Part shown: one piece after another, positions 28,240-37,125 of the stretch
How the letters are laid out: each line of letters starts with the position of its first letter
Numbering within the stretch: position 1 is the first letter of the stretch
Source of the DNA: Myxococcota bacterium
Lineage (GTDB): Bacteria; Myxococcota; SpSt-1050
Length of the DNA stretch: 40,509 nt
Reading direction: 5' to 3'
NCBI GenBank assembly: GCA_049969675.1
Contig: JBMFOP010000017.1
Coordinates: 1 to 40,509, forward strand
Position numbers and translations under genes: made by a program
Notes under the pieces: generated by a model
Database searches by the model: none
What the model was told of the DNA's origin: nothing
What the model saw: only the letters and a program-made list of their open reading frames with translations

Positions 28240-29571
28240 ATGACATCATTTGCGACGATGCTTGATATTGTATCCTCATATATATGGGGATGGCCATTGA
28301 TAATTCTCCTCTTCGGAACGCACATCTTTCTCACGATTAGACTTTCATTCATTCAGAGATATATTCTTTATGCAATTAAACTTTCATTTAAAAAGGAGAA
28401 TACCGATAAAGGTGATATCTCACACTTTGGTGCACTTGCAACGGCGCTTGCTGCAACTATCGGGACCGGAAATATTGTGGGTGTATCCACTGCTATCGCA
28501 CTCGGCGGGCCCGGTGCAGTACTCTGGATGTGGCTGACAGGGATATTTGGAATTGCCACCAAATATTCTGAGGCATTGTTGGCAGTTAAATATCGGGTAA
28601 AAGCGGAGGATGGTACATATTCTGGTGGGCCGATGTATGTGCTCGAAAAGGGTTTAAATCTGAGATGGTTGGGAATGCTCTTTGCTATATTTACAGCCAT
28701 TGCTGCCTTTGGTATCGGTAATATGGTTCAGGCAAATTCAATAGCAGAAATGACAGAGAATAATTTTGGGATTCCAAAGTATTTAACCGGTACAGTTCTT
28801 GCCATACTTACATTTGTGGTAATAATCGGCGGGGTAAGGAGTATTGCAAGAATCTGTGAGGGACTTGTCCCTTTTATGGCTATATTCTATGTTATGGGAT
28901 GTATAATTATTTTGATTCTGAATTATGATAAGATTCCGGATACATTCTTTGTAATTGTCAGGGGGGCTTTCTCCCCATTGGCTGCGACAGGTGGATTCGC
29001 CGGCACACTCTTAAAAGATACAATTAGATATGGCATAGCAAGGGGGTTATTCTCAAATGAATCCGGACTTGGAAGTGCCCCAATAGTTGCTGCCGCTGCA
29101 AAGACCGAGGAGCCGGTCAAACAGGCACTTGTCTCATCTACAGGTACATTCTGGGATACAGTTGTGATATGTCTTATTACTGGATTTACAGTTTTGAGTT
29201 CGGGTGACTGGTTATCCGGGAAGAGCGGGAAAGAACTCACTACATCAGCCTTTTCTCATATTCAGGTAATTGGTCCCGTTGTTCTGAATGTGGGACTTCT
29301 GACCTTCGTCTTCTCCACTATTATAGGCTGGTCATATTATGGAGAGAAGGCGGCTGAATATCTCTTTGGAAGTAAGATTAAACTCTTTTATAGGCTCCTC
29401 TGGGTGATCTTTGTCTTTGTAGGCTCAATACTCTCTCTACCTCTTGTATGGACATTCGCTGATATTGCAAATGGTCTTATGGCAGTTCCAAATCTGATAT
29501 CTCTACTTTTATTGAATAGATATATTGTAAAAGAGACAGCCGACTATTTTAATAGAATTAAAAAGGAATAG
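28240..29571 (+). CDS. Alanine/glycine:cation symporter (AGCS family)
   Basis: ALAATIGTGNIVGV, GGPGAVLWMW, GGPMY, GNMVQAN, RGLFSNESGLGSAP, DTVVIC, MAVPNL. Confidence 0.95.
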   Translation: MTSFATMLDIVSSYIWGWPLIILLFGTHIFLTIRLSFIQRYILYAIKLSFKKENTDKGDISHFGALATALAATIGTGNIVGVSTAIALGGPGAVLWMWLTGIFGIATKYSEALLAVKYRVKAEDGTYSGGPMYVLEKGLNLRWLGMLFAIFTAIAAFGIGNMVQANSIAEMTENNFGIPKYLTGTVLAILTFVVIIGGVRSIARICEGLVPFMAIFYVMGCIIILILNYDKIPDTFFVIVRGAFSPLAATGGFAGTLLKDTIRYGIARGLFSNESGLGSAPIVAAAAKTEEPVKQALVSSTGTFWDTVVICLITGFTVLSSGDWLSGKSGKELTTSAFSHIQVIGPVVLNVGLLTFVFSTIIGWSYYGEKAAEYLFGSKIKLFYRLLWVIFVFVGSILSLPLVWTFADIANGLMAVPNLISLLLLNRYIVKETADYFNRIKKE

Positions 29572-29572
29572 C

Positions 29573-30487
29573 TCACCACTTCTTATATCGCCAGAAGAGG
29601 TAAAATGCGACAACAGATAATAGAGCAAGTCCCATAACAATCCAGAAGGCATAGGGATGGTGCTGCATCGGAATTGAGACATTCATAGAGAATGCACTGA
29701 CCACAAATGTGGGAACCATAATTGCTATCGTAATTATATTTAGGGTCTTCATCAGGATGTTGAGATTGTTGCTGACAATAGATACTCGTGCATCCATCAG
29801 AGAGGCGAGAATATTTGAATAGATCTCCGCCTGTCTAAAGCACTGGTTGTTATCAATTATAAGGTCATCAAGATATTCCAACTCTTCAGGATTGAATCCA
29901 ATTTTAGCAGAATTGTTCTTGATCCTCTCAATAAGGACACTATTTGAATTGATAGAATTGACATAATATACCAGTGACTTCTCAATATTAAAAAAGTTCT
30001 GAATGTATTTATTTTCCATTGAACTACTCAATTTCTTTTCCAGTTCATCTGTAATCATATGCATTACTTTAATATGCTCCAGAAAGTGGGTAATGGAAAC
30101 AGATAATAATTTTAAAATTACTTCATTTAAAGTTGTTACTTTTTGAAATACTTTTTGGTTAAATAATGGAATTTCTTCACCCATTACAACAATTAATTTT
30201 TCCTTAAAGAGGAATATACCTGTTGAATCTACTTTAAAAAGAAGCTTTTTATCCTTGGAGATATTTTTTGGTCTTTTATAAATAATTGCTATATGTTCGG
30301 GTTCAAACTCAATTCGAGAGAGTTCATCAGGGTCAAGTGAGGATTGCAGTGTATGTTCATCAATGTTATAATTATTGATTAACAGTCTCTTCTCGTCATC
30401 TGTCGGCATTATATATAGAAATATGCTTGCCCCTTTTTCATCGGCGTCAATAATCTTCTGATTTTCAATCCTGTAATATTTGACCAT
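29573..30487 (-). CDS. corA: CorA-family divalent cation transporter (SMN variant signature)
   Basis: LDPDELSRIE, SNNLNILMKTL, two C-terminal TMs with PTFVVSAFSMNV. ATG 30487 follows AAGAGG. Confidence 0.85.
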   Translation of the reverse strand: MVKYYRIENQKIIDADEKGASIFLYIMPTDDEKRLLINNYNIDEHTLQSSLDPDELSRIEFEPEHIAIIYKRPKNISKDKKLLFKVDSTGIFLFKEKLIVVMGEEIPLFNQKVFQKVTTLNEVILKLLSVSITHFLEHIKVMHMITDELEKKLSSSMENKYIQNFFNIEKSLVYYVNSINSNSVLIERIKNNSAKIGFNPEELEYLDDLIIDNNQCFRQAEIYSNILASLMDARVSIVSNNLNILMKTLNIITIAIMVPTFVVSAFSMNVSIPMQHHPYAFWIVMGLALLSVVAFYLFWRYKKW

Positions 30488-30576
30488 ATTACGACCTCTT
30501 TGGCTCAAAGACTTATAGCCTTTATTACTAAATATTCAATAAAAAAATTATGATGGGATTTACGAGAAGGTGTAGT

Positions 30577-31077
30577 TTATTCTTTCCCCCATCTATCATC
30601 ATCTGGTGAGGAGTCTTTAATCTTTTCTTTATCTTTCTTATTGAGTTTTACTTTATTTTCATCCTTTGCCCAGCTATCATCCCCCATCTCTTCCTGTACA
30701 TCTGGTGGAACCTGTGGCTCTTCAATAGTTATCGCTGTGTTCCGTGACGCTTCTATTGGTGGGGTGTTGGTTTTATTACTCTCGTTCTTTTGTATCTTGC
30801 CATCTGCTCTGGGTTTTGTAGCGGGTGTGGCAGGAGGAGGTGGTGAAGAGGAGGTCCTGGGTTGTTGGGAGGTATTTTGGGTGGCACCTGTAGCAGAAAT
30901 TTTATTCTCTTCATTTATAGAACTATTCTTTTCGGTTATCGCAGTTTCAGTAACTGAGGGCTCCTGCTCATAGTAATCATCCGGGCTATCTATTTTCTGT
31001 ATCTTTTTTGAACCTGCGCAGGAAAATAAGATTGATAACGAAATAATTAATATAAATTGTATTAGTTTAGACTTCAT
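30577..31077 (-). CDS. Low-complexity, likely disordered lipoprotein
   Basis: ATG 31077 with GGGAGG RBS; MKSKLIQFILIISLSILFSC (lipobox LFSC); Pro/Thr/Ser-rich middle and charged C-terminus. Confidence 0.75.
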   Translation of the reverse strand: MKSKLIQFILIISLSILFSCAGSKKIQKIDSPDDYYEQEPSVTETAITEKNSSINEENKISATGATQNTSQQPRTSSSPPPPATPATKPRADGKIQKNESNKTNTPPIEASRNTAITIEEPQVPPDVQEEMGDDSWAKDENKVKLNKKDKEKIKDSSPDDDRWGKE

Positions 31078-31255
31078 ATGGTTTCCTCCCTTTCCAGAAC
31101 TATTATAAAATCTATTTCCTCTATATGGTATCATACAAATGGACGATTTCATATTGAATCTATATAATGCTTTGGTTACAAATTCAAATAAATTATTTGC
31201 AATTATAAAGAATTTGAATTATATATCTTTAGAAAAGTAATTTTCTGGAGGTTAT

Positions 31256-31723
31256 ATGCCTGTTACACCAGAACAATTGAAGAGGTTTGGTATTTTTTCG
31301 CAGATACCCACGGATATACTCAAGCCTGTATCCGATGTAGTAAAGGTTGTAAATTTTCCTGAACAGAGCGTAATATTTAATGAAGGTTCGGCTGGTGACA
31401 GGATGTATTTTCTGGAGAAGGGACAGGTGAGGATTTCCAAATTCATCTCAGGGATAGGAGAGGAGGCTTTGAGTATCTTAAATGAAGGCTCATATTTTGG
31501 GGAGATGAGCCTGATTGATGCATATCCAAGGTCTGCAACTGCAATTGCCCATACCGATTGTGTTTTATTTGAAATATACAGAGAAGACTTTGTAGATATG
31601 TTGCAGAGCGACAGAGACCTCGCCTATTTCGTTATGTGGGCGCTTCTTAAGACTCTCAGTCAGCGACTTAGAGAGACAAATGATAAGCTAAAGGCTTTCT
31701 TTGCTATGGCTGGAGGTTTTTAG
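31256..31723 (+). CDS. Stand-alone cyclic-nucleotide-binding domain protein
   Basis: IFNEGSAGDRMYFLEKGQVRI and phosphate-binding cassette FGEMSLIDAYPRSATA; C-helix present but no HTH. RBS GGAGG upstream. Confidence 0.9.
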   Translation: MPVTPEQLKRFGIFSQIPTDILKPVSDVVKVVNFPEQSVIFNEGSAGDRMYFLEKGQVRISKFISGIGEEALSILNEGSYFGEMSLIDAYPRSATAIAHTDCVLFEIYREDFVDMLQSDRDLAYFVMWALLKTLSQRLRETNDKLKAFFAMAGGF

Positions 31724-31727
31724 GGTT

Positions 31728-32723
31728 TTGCTGAAAAGATTTGTCGTATTTCTTCTGATTCTAATTGTTTTTTCAAATTGCGGTTCTAAAAAGATAAATA
31801 TTGTATTGAGCAAAGATTTATTGTCTGGAATAAAGGCTATTGTAATTCTTCCAATTAGATCCAATTTTGGGATAAAGAACTTTCAAAAGTATAGAGTAAT
31901 GATTGAAGCTGCCGAAAATATATCGCTGTTTAGCAACTATTTTGTTATTACATCCAATGAATATGAGATTAAAGAAGCCTGCCCGTTAAAGGAGATATTC
32001 ATCTGTTCTAATCTTAAAAATCTTTTAACAGAGGCAGATATCAAACCATCTCAGACTCTATTTTTTGAATTTAGTATTATTGAGGAGACTGAATATGTTA
32101 TGAGTGAATTAAATGGCAGGAAAAAATCTTCTTCAGAAACTTCAACTGATTCAAATATGATGTATAAATTAATTACGAGAGGGTATCATTATAGTGAGAC
32201 TGATCCAATATTTGAGGAGAGACATAATTTCAGACCTGATATATTTTCTGCTGATATTCTTGAGCCTATGTATAACTATCAGTCTACACTCTTAAAAAAT
32301 CTTGTGGAACATTTAAATGGAATTACCAAACAATCATCAGCAGAACTCAATATTAAATATTATATCAACCATTTTCAGGCGGTCTATCCACATAATAATA
32401 GCCCCAAACTCTGTAATATTGAGAAGGGTGATATTGATAAAGAAGTTGAAGCCGAAATGATATTTGATATTTTCTATAAGAACATAAATAGCGGTTATTT
32501 AAGAACTATGAAGAATTATTATTGTGGTATTCTGATTGAAAATTCTGATAAATCATTTGATAAAAATGGCAATTTTAATAAAGGAGATTTAGTAATATCA
32601 TATTGCGGAAAACCTGTTTATGGCTTTTATTCAATCAAAAACTCACTAATCTCAAGGTGGTGTGATAAATATAACACTTCGACGGTAGTAAGAGGTTTTG
32701 ATAGGATTGATATCAATCTCTGA
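31728..32723 (+). CDS. Hypothetical lipoprotein with degenerate C-terminal PDZ-like segment
   Basis: TTG 31728 gives MLKRFVVFLLILIVFSNC. C-terminal GILIEN...KGDLVISYCGKPV...TVVRG resembles the PDZ pattern GDxIxxxNGxxV. Start uncertain. Confidence 0.55.
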   Translation: MLKRFVVFLLILIVFSNCGSKKINIVLSKDLLSGIKAIVILPIRSNFGIKNFQKYRVMIEAAENISLFSNYFVITSNEYEIKEACPLKEIFICSNLKNLLTEADIKPSQTLFFEFSIIEETEYVMSELNGRKKSSSETSTDSNMMYKLITRGYHYSETDPIFEERHNFRPDIFSADILEPMYNYQSTLLKNLVEHLNGITKQSSAELNIKYYINHFQAVYPHNNSPKLCNIEKGDIDKEVEAEMIFDIFYKNINSGYLRTMKNYYCGILIENSDKSFDKNGNFNKGDLVISYCGKPVYGFYSIKNSLISRWCDKYNTSTVVRGFDRIDINL

Positions 32724-32733
32724 GGAGGGCTAT

Positions 32734-33090
32734 ATGAAGAAGAGCCATATTGAAAAAAGAAGGCACCTGCGAGGTCCTATTAGGGTAGAGATAAAGGCTG
32801 GAGTGTCCAATGCGGGTGGAATTATATATTTCTCAACAAAAAATATAAGTAAGGGAGGGGCATTTCTTGTCTCTGATTACCTCTTTGATGTCGGACAGGA
32901 ATTGACTCTGAGTTTTAGATTACCGGATGACAATAGAATAATACTTGCAGTTGGAAGGATTAAGTGGATCAATGATAAGGATAGGGTAGATGATAAATAT
33001 CACGAACCGGGTATGGGGATTGAATTTATTAAAATATCCCCGGCTGATGAAAGAAGGATTGAAGAGTTCTTAAAGAGGTCTACAAAATGA
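32734..33090 (+). CDS. Stand-alone PilZ-domain protein, predicted c-di-GMP receptor
   Basis: ATG 32734 after GAGGAGG; RRHLR (RxxxR), NISKGG, GRIKW, PGMGIEF. Confidence 0.9.
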   Translation: MKKSHIEKRRHLRGPIRVEIKAGVSNAGGIIYFSTKNISKGGAFLVSDYLFDVGQELTLSFRLPDDNRIILAVGRIKWINDKDRVDDKYHEPGMGIEFIKISPADERRIEEFLKRSTK

Positions 33091-33137
33091 GGGTTGTTGC
33101 GGGGATTTATGTGAATATGAATCGATTTAGTTTTTAA
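33087..33137 (+). pseudogene. N-terminal stub resembling RsmD (16S rRNA m2G966 methyltransferase)
   Basis: ATG overlaps the PilZ stop (ATGA) and has AAGAGG upstream. Reads MRVVAGIY (compare the RsmD start MRIIAGxxKGR), then VNMNRFSF-stop. Confidence 0.5.
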
Positions 33138-33854
33138 TAAATTCTACAAATATTGCTTATGAATATGCTTTATAATGCGATTAGATAGATAAGGGAAGAG
33201 AGGAATTAATGGATGTATCTCTTAGGGGTAAATTTATAGTAATGCTTATGAAAAATCTCTTTAAAATGTATGAATGGAAGTTCCTCCCGTTGAGTATAGT
33301 AAAAATATGATAGTGAAAAGTGTTTAAGACCATAGTGCTGTGCTATAGAAAAAATATTGTATTATAGAAAATAGAAAATTTCTATAGTCAAAAGGGGAAA
33401 AGGAATTGGGCTGGATAAATAGACTACCCGAGATTTCTGATGGGTTTATCATACAAAAATTTATGTGATTGGATAAATTGAACATTACCTGTCGTGCCAG
33501 ATATAGGGCAAATAATTGAAGGATATTTATGTTGGAGGGCATTTTATTTAATTGATTATTGAAGTGAAACCTGATTTTGAGAATATAGATTTAATAGTCC
33601 AGAATCCTTATTTTACAGATAGTTAACTTATCAAAGCAGATTATTTTGTCACTTAAGAAAGGTTCATAACAAATATGAATAAGTTCATATTCATAAAAGT
33701 ATTTTGGATGAATATATATATTCACTGAAATTAAAGGTTGTGATCTCTTCAATTCTGCGATTCTCAATTTTGTTGCTTAAATAATTTTTGTATTTTACTA
33801 ATTTGAAAAAATGTATTTATATAGAGATCCTATTTTTGTATCTGGAGGTGTAAG

Positions 33855-35174
33855 TTGTCCGAATTAAATAGTAATGAGGTGGTAAATGTGTTGTCAGATT
33901 TGATAAGGATTAATACATCCAACCCTCCGGGGAATGAGCTGGCGGCAATTGAATTCTGTGCAAGATATCTCAATTCCTTTGGTATTGAACCGAAGATTAT
34001 TGAATCTCACCCTAATAGAGGAAATCTGGTGGCACGAATTAAAGGAACCGGAAGGACCCCTTTCTTGTTGACCGGACATATAGATACCGTGCCTGCAGAT
34101 GAATCGGGCTGGAGATATTCTCCCTTCTCGGGTGTAATTGAAGAGGGGTGTGTGTGGGGTAGAGGTGCGCTGGATATGAAGCATTTTATAGCGATGTCTA
34201 TGGTGGCATTAAAGGAGTTGCAGAATGATGGATTTAAACCAAAAAGGGATATTATTCTTGCAATTACCTGCGATGAAGAGGAGGGGTCAAATGCAGGTGC
34301 CAGATTCCTTGTAGAGAGACATCCCGAGTTGATAGATGCAGAGTTTGGACTCGGAGAGGTCGGAGGCTTTTCAATGGAGCTTCGGGGGAGAAGGATATAT
34401 CCAGTAATGACATCAGAGAAAGGTTTTGCGTGGCTTAAGATAATAGCAGAGGGGGAATCTGGACATGGTTCTATGCCGGTTTTTCGAAATGCCGTCGGGA
34501 GACTTGGGCTCGCTGCGTGGAGGCTTTCAAATATACCTTTGCCACTTCACATAACCCCTGACGCTACAGCATTCCTTTCTACACTTTCAAATCTTGCTGG
34601 TTTTAAGGGAAGGTTTTTAAGGCTGCTTGAATATAATCTGACCAATGAACTGATAATTGATAAACTGATTTCCAATATCAACCAGAAGAAGTATTTTAAG
34701 GCGCTGCTCAGAAATACTGCCTCCCCAACCGTATTTATAACGGGTGAAAAGGTCAATGTAATCCCAAAGAGTGTATATCTCAAGGTGGACCTGAGGTATC
34801 TGCCGGGGATTACCCTTGAAGAGGCACTGGATGAGGTAAGAGAGGTTGTAGGGGATGATTTGAAGATAGAGGTAGAGTCCTATGGTGAACCGGTACAGTT
34901 TGAGTCAAAGACAGAGCTGTTTGAGACGATAAGTAAGGTCGTGGAGGGAGAGGATAGAGGTGCGGTCATTACACCTTATATGTCTCCAGGATTTACTGAT
35001 GCAAAGTATTTCAGTAAACGAAAGATTACAATATATGGATTTACACCATTGAAACTCAAACAGGATTTTTCATATACCTCACTGATTCACTCTGAAAATG
35101 AGAGAGTCCCTGTGGATGCCCTTATATGGGGGAAGGATGTATTAAAAAAATTGATTAAAATTTATTGTGGGTGA
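33855..35174 (+). CDS. M20/M25/M40 family metallo-hydrolase (ArgE/DapE-like peptidase)
   Basis: NTSNPPGNE, GHIDTVP, WGRGALDMK, DEEEG, GHGS, KVNVIP, FTDAKYF, IHSENER. TTG start after GGAGGTG. Confidence 0.92.
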   Translation: MSELNSNEVVNVLSDLIRINTSNPPGNELAAIEFCARYLNSFGIEPKIIESHPNRGNLVARIKGTGRTPFLLTGHIDTVPADESGWRYSPFSGVIEEGCVWGRGALDMKHFIAMSMVALKELQNDGFKPKRDIILAITCDEEEGSNAGARFLVERHPELIDAEFGLGEVGGFSMELRGRRIYPVMTSEKGFAWLKIIAEGESGHGSMPVFRNAVGRLGLAAWRLSNIPLPLHITPDATAFLSTLSNLAGFKGRFLRLLEYNLTNELIIDKLISNINQKKYFKALLRNTASPTVFITGEKVNVIPKSVYLKVDLRYLPGITLEEALDEVREVVGDDLKIEVESYGEPVQFESKTELFETISKVVEGEDRGAVITPYMSPGFTDAKYFSKRKITIYGFTPLKLKQDFSYTSLIHSENERVPVDALIWGKDVLKKLIKIYCG

Positions 35175-35179
35175 GCGAT

Positions 35180-37123
35180 ATGAAACCAGTTATATTTGGG
35201 AATTACACATTAATAAAGAAGATAGGAAAGGGCGGAATGGCAGAGATCTTTCTCGCAACGCCTATACGATCACCTCAATTTCTGGTAGTTATCAAGAAGA
35301 TTAATCCCGAATTGGTAGAGGATAAGCACTATATTACGATGTTTCTGGATGAGGCTAAATTGATGTCCTGCCTGATGCACCCGAACATTATTCAGATTCT
35401 GGATGTAGGAGAGGTAAATGGAGAATATTATATTTGTATGGAGTATGTTCACGGGAAGGACCTGCTAACAATAATAGAGTATTGCGTAGGTGCTGGTATA
35501 AAAATTCCAGAGGATATAGGACTTCATATAATGCTGGAGCTTCTGGAAGGGCTGGATTATATTCATAATGTAAAAGGTCCAGACAATAAGGAGCTCAAGG
35601 TCATTCATAGAGACCTTTCCCCCTCAAATATCCTGATCTCTCTTGATGGAGAGGTAAAGATTGGAGATTTTGGGATAGCCAAGGCTGCACTCCAGAAGAA
35701 TGTAACAAGGGCTGGCTATATCAAGGGGAAGATAGGTTATATGTCACCTGAACAGGTGGAGGGGAAGAATCTGGACCATCGCACAGATGTCTTTGTTGCC
35801 GGACTTGTATTATATGAGATATTTGCCCATAAGATGTATTACAATATTGAAAATGAGTTTGAGGCATTAAAGTCAATGAGGGAGGCAAGGCAGAAGAGTA
35901 GAGATGAGTTGTTGAGATATATGCCCTCCGGTCTTATTGATATTTTATATAAGGCCTTACAGAAGAATCCTGACGATAGATTTCAATCTGCGCTTGAGTT
36001 TTCGTCTGCAATAATGCAGTATATGATAGAGAACAGATTGTCTACCAATGTAAATATTCTTTCCTCATTTATGCGTTCACTCTTTCCTACAGATGTGACA
36101 CTTCTGGAGCAGGTTCATAATATATCAACCAGATCATCCGCATTTATCAGGGCATCAGAACCAAAGAAAAGAGAGACAAGAGGTAAAATAAAAGACATAA
36201 AGTTTTATCTCAAAGATAGGCAGGGGAAGGTCATTGGCCCATTTGCAGTGGATTCTCTAATAAATATCATAAAGATTTATAATCTGCCACCGGCTACTCT
36301 TGCATCGGATGATAATAAAGATTTTAAGCCACTTGACCAATTTCCTGTACTTCTGGACGCATTTCAGTCGGGGCCTGACGAAAATACCGGAATATTCTCT
36401 CTGAGCCCTCAATATCGTGGATTATTAAGTGAGGTTTCAATAACTAAGCTTTTTTATAGATTTGCGTCTGCGAAGGTTACAGGGAAACTTGTCTTAAAGA
36501 ATGATGGCATAGTTAAGTCTGTCTATCTGAGAGATGGGTTCCCTGAACATATTGATACCAATAAGAAGGATGAACTCTTTGGTGAGATGCTCGTGAGACG
36601 GAATATTATCACGAGAACAAGTCTGAACCTTACCCTTAAGGAACAGGAGAAGAGTAAGATAAAGATTGGAAATATACTGATTGATAAGGGGTATATTAAA
36701 CCCGCTGAACTCATTAAATTATTGACCGAACAGATGAGAATGAGATATTTTGAACTTTTCAATTGGGAGAATGGGACATACGAATTCTATGCCCATATGG
36801 TAAGTAAAAATATCTCTCACCCAATGGGAATGGGGGCTTTTGCCCTGATATCTGAGGCTGTAAGAAATAAGATGGAGTATTCACTCATAGAAAAGTCAAT
36901 TAACAATTATGTCAATGCAAAGATAATATTTTTAAAAGATAGAGTCATAAATCCCGAGAATTTCCGTCTCACCACAGAGGAGCTAAAAATTACCTATGAC
37001 CTCAATAATATTACATTGAACACCATTTATAAAAAATATAGAATGACACCAAACGAACTAATAAACAGGCTTGTATATCTGCTCTATCAGACAGAGATTA
37101 TCAATTTTGAGATTAAGGAGTAG
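35180..37123 (+). CDS. Cytoplasmic Hanks-type Ser/Thr kinase with C-terminal DUF4388/PATAN-like region
   Basis: GKGGMAEIF, VVIKKI, HPNI, HRDLSPSNIL, DFG, GKIGYMSPEQ. C-terminal TGKLVL...KSVYLRDGFP, FGEMLV and LFNWENGTYEF. No TM segment. Confidence 0.92.
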   Translation: MKPVIFGNYTLIKKIGKGGMAEIFLATPIRSPQFLVVIKKINPELVEDKHYITMFLDEAKLMSCLMHPNIIQILDVGEVNGEYYICMEYVHGKDLLTIIEYCVGAGIKIPEDIGLHIMLELLEGLDYIHNVKGPDNKELKVIHRDLSPSNILISLDGEVKIGDFGIAKAALQKNVTRAGYIKGKIGYMSPEQVEGKNLDHRTDVFVAGLVLYEIFAHKMYYNIENEFEALKSMREARQKSRDELLRYMPSGLIDILYKALQKNPDDRFQSALEFSSAIMQYMIENRLSTNVNILSSFMRSLFPTDVTLLEQVHNISTRSSAFIRASEPKKRETRGKIKDIKFYLKDRQGKVIGPFAVDSLINIIKIYNLPPATLASDDNKDFKPLDQFPVLLDAFQSGPDENTGIFSLSPQYRGLLSEVSITKLFYRFASAKVTGKLVLKNDGIVKSVYLRDGFPEHIDTNKKDELFGEMLVRRNIITRTSLNLTLKEQEKSKIKIGNILIDKGYIKPAELIKLLTEQMRMRYFELFNWENGTYEFYAHMVSKNISHPMGMGAFALISEAVRNKMEYSLIEKSINNYVNAKIIFLKDRVINPENFRLTTEELKITYDLNNITLNTIYKKYRMTPNELINRLVYLLYQTEIINFEIKE

Positions 37124-37125
37124 TT

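Noticed and set aside
30641..30973. 110-aa plus-strand hydrophobic ORF
   Set aside because: Antisense shadow of the Pro/Thr-rich lipoprotein, which has the RBS and lipobox.
33484..33499. Minus-strand TGGCACG resembling a sigma-54 -24 element
   Set aside because: The -12 position reads GTAAT rather than TTGC, so there is no GG-N10-GC, and no credible gene lies downstream on that strand.
33324..33542. 72-aa minus-strand ORF in the large intergenic region
   Set aside because: No RBS, no recognisable motif, and composition typical of a chance ORF in AT-rich DNA.
33091..33854. Possible CRISPR array, tRNA or structured ncRNA in the long intergenic region
   Set aside because: No regularly spaced 25-40 nt repeats, no cloverleaf or T-loop motif, and no GC-rich stems were seen.
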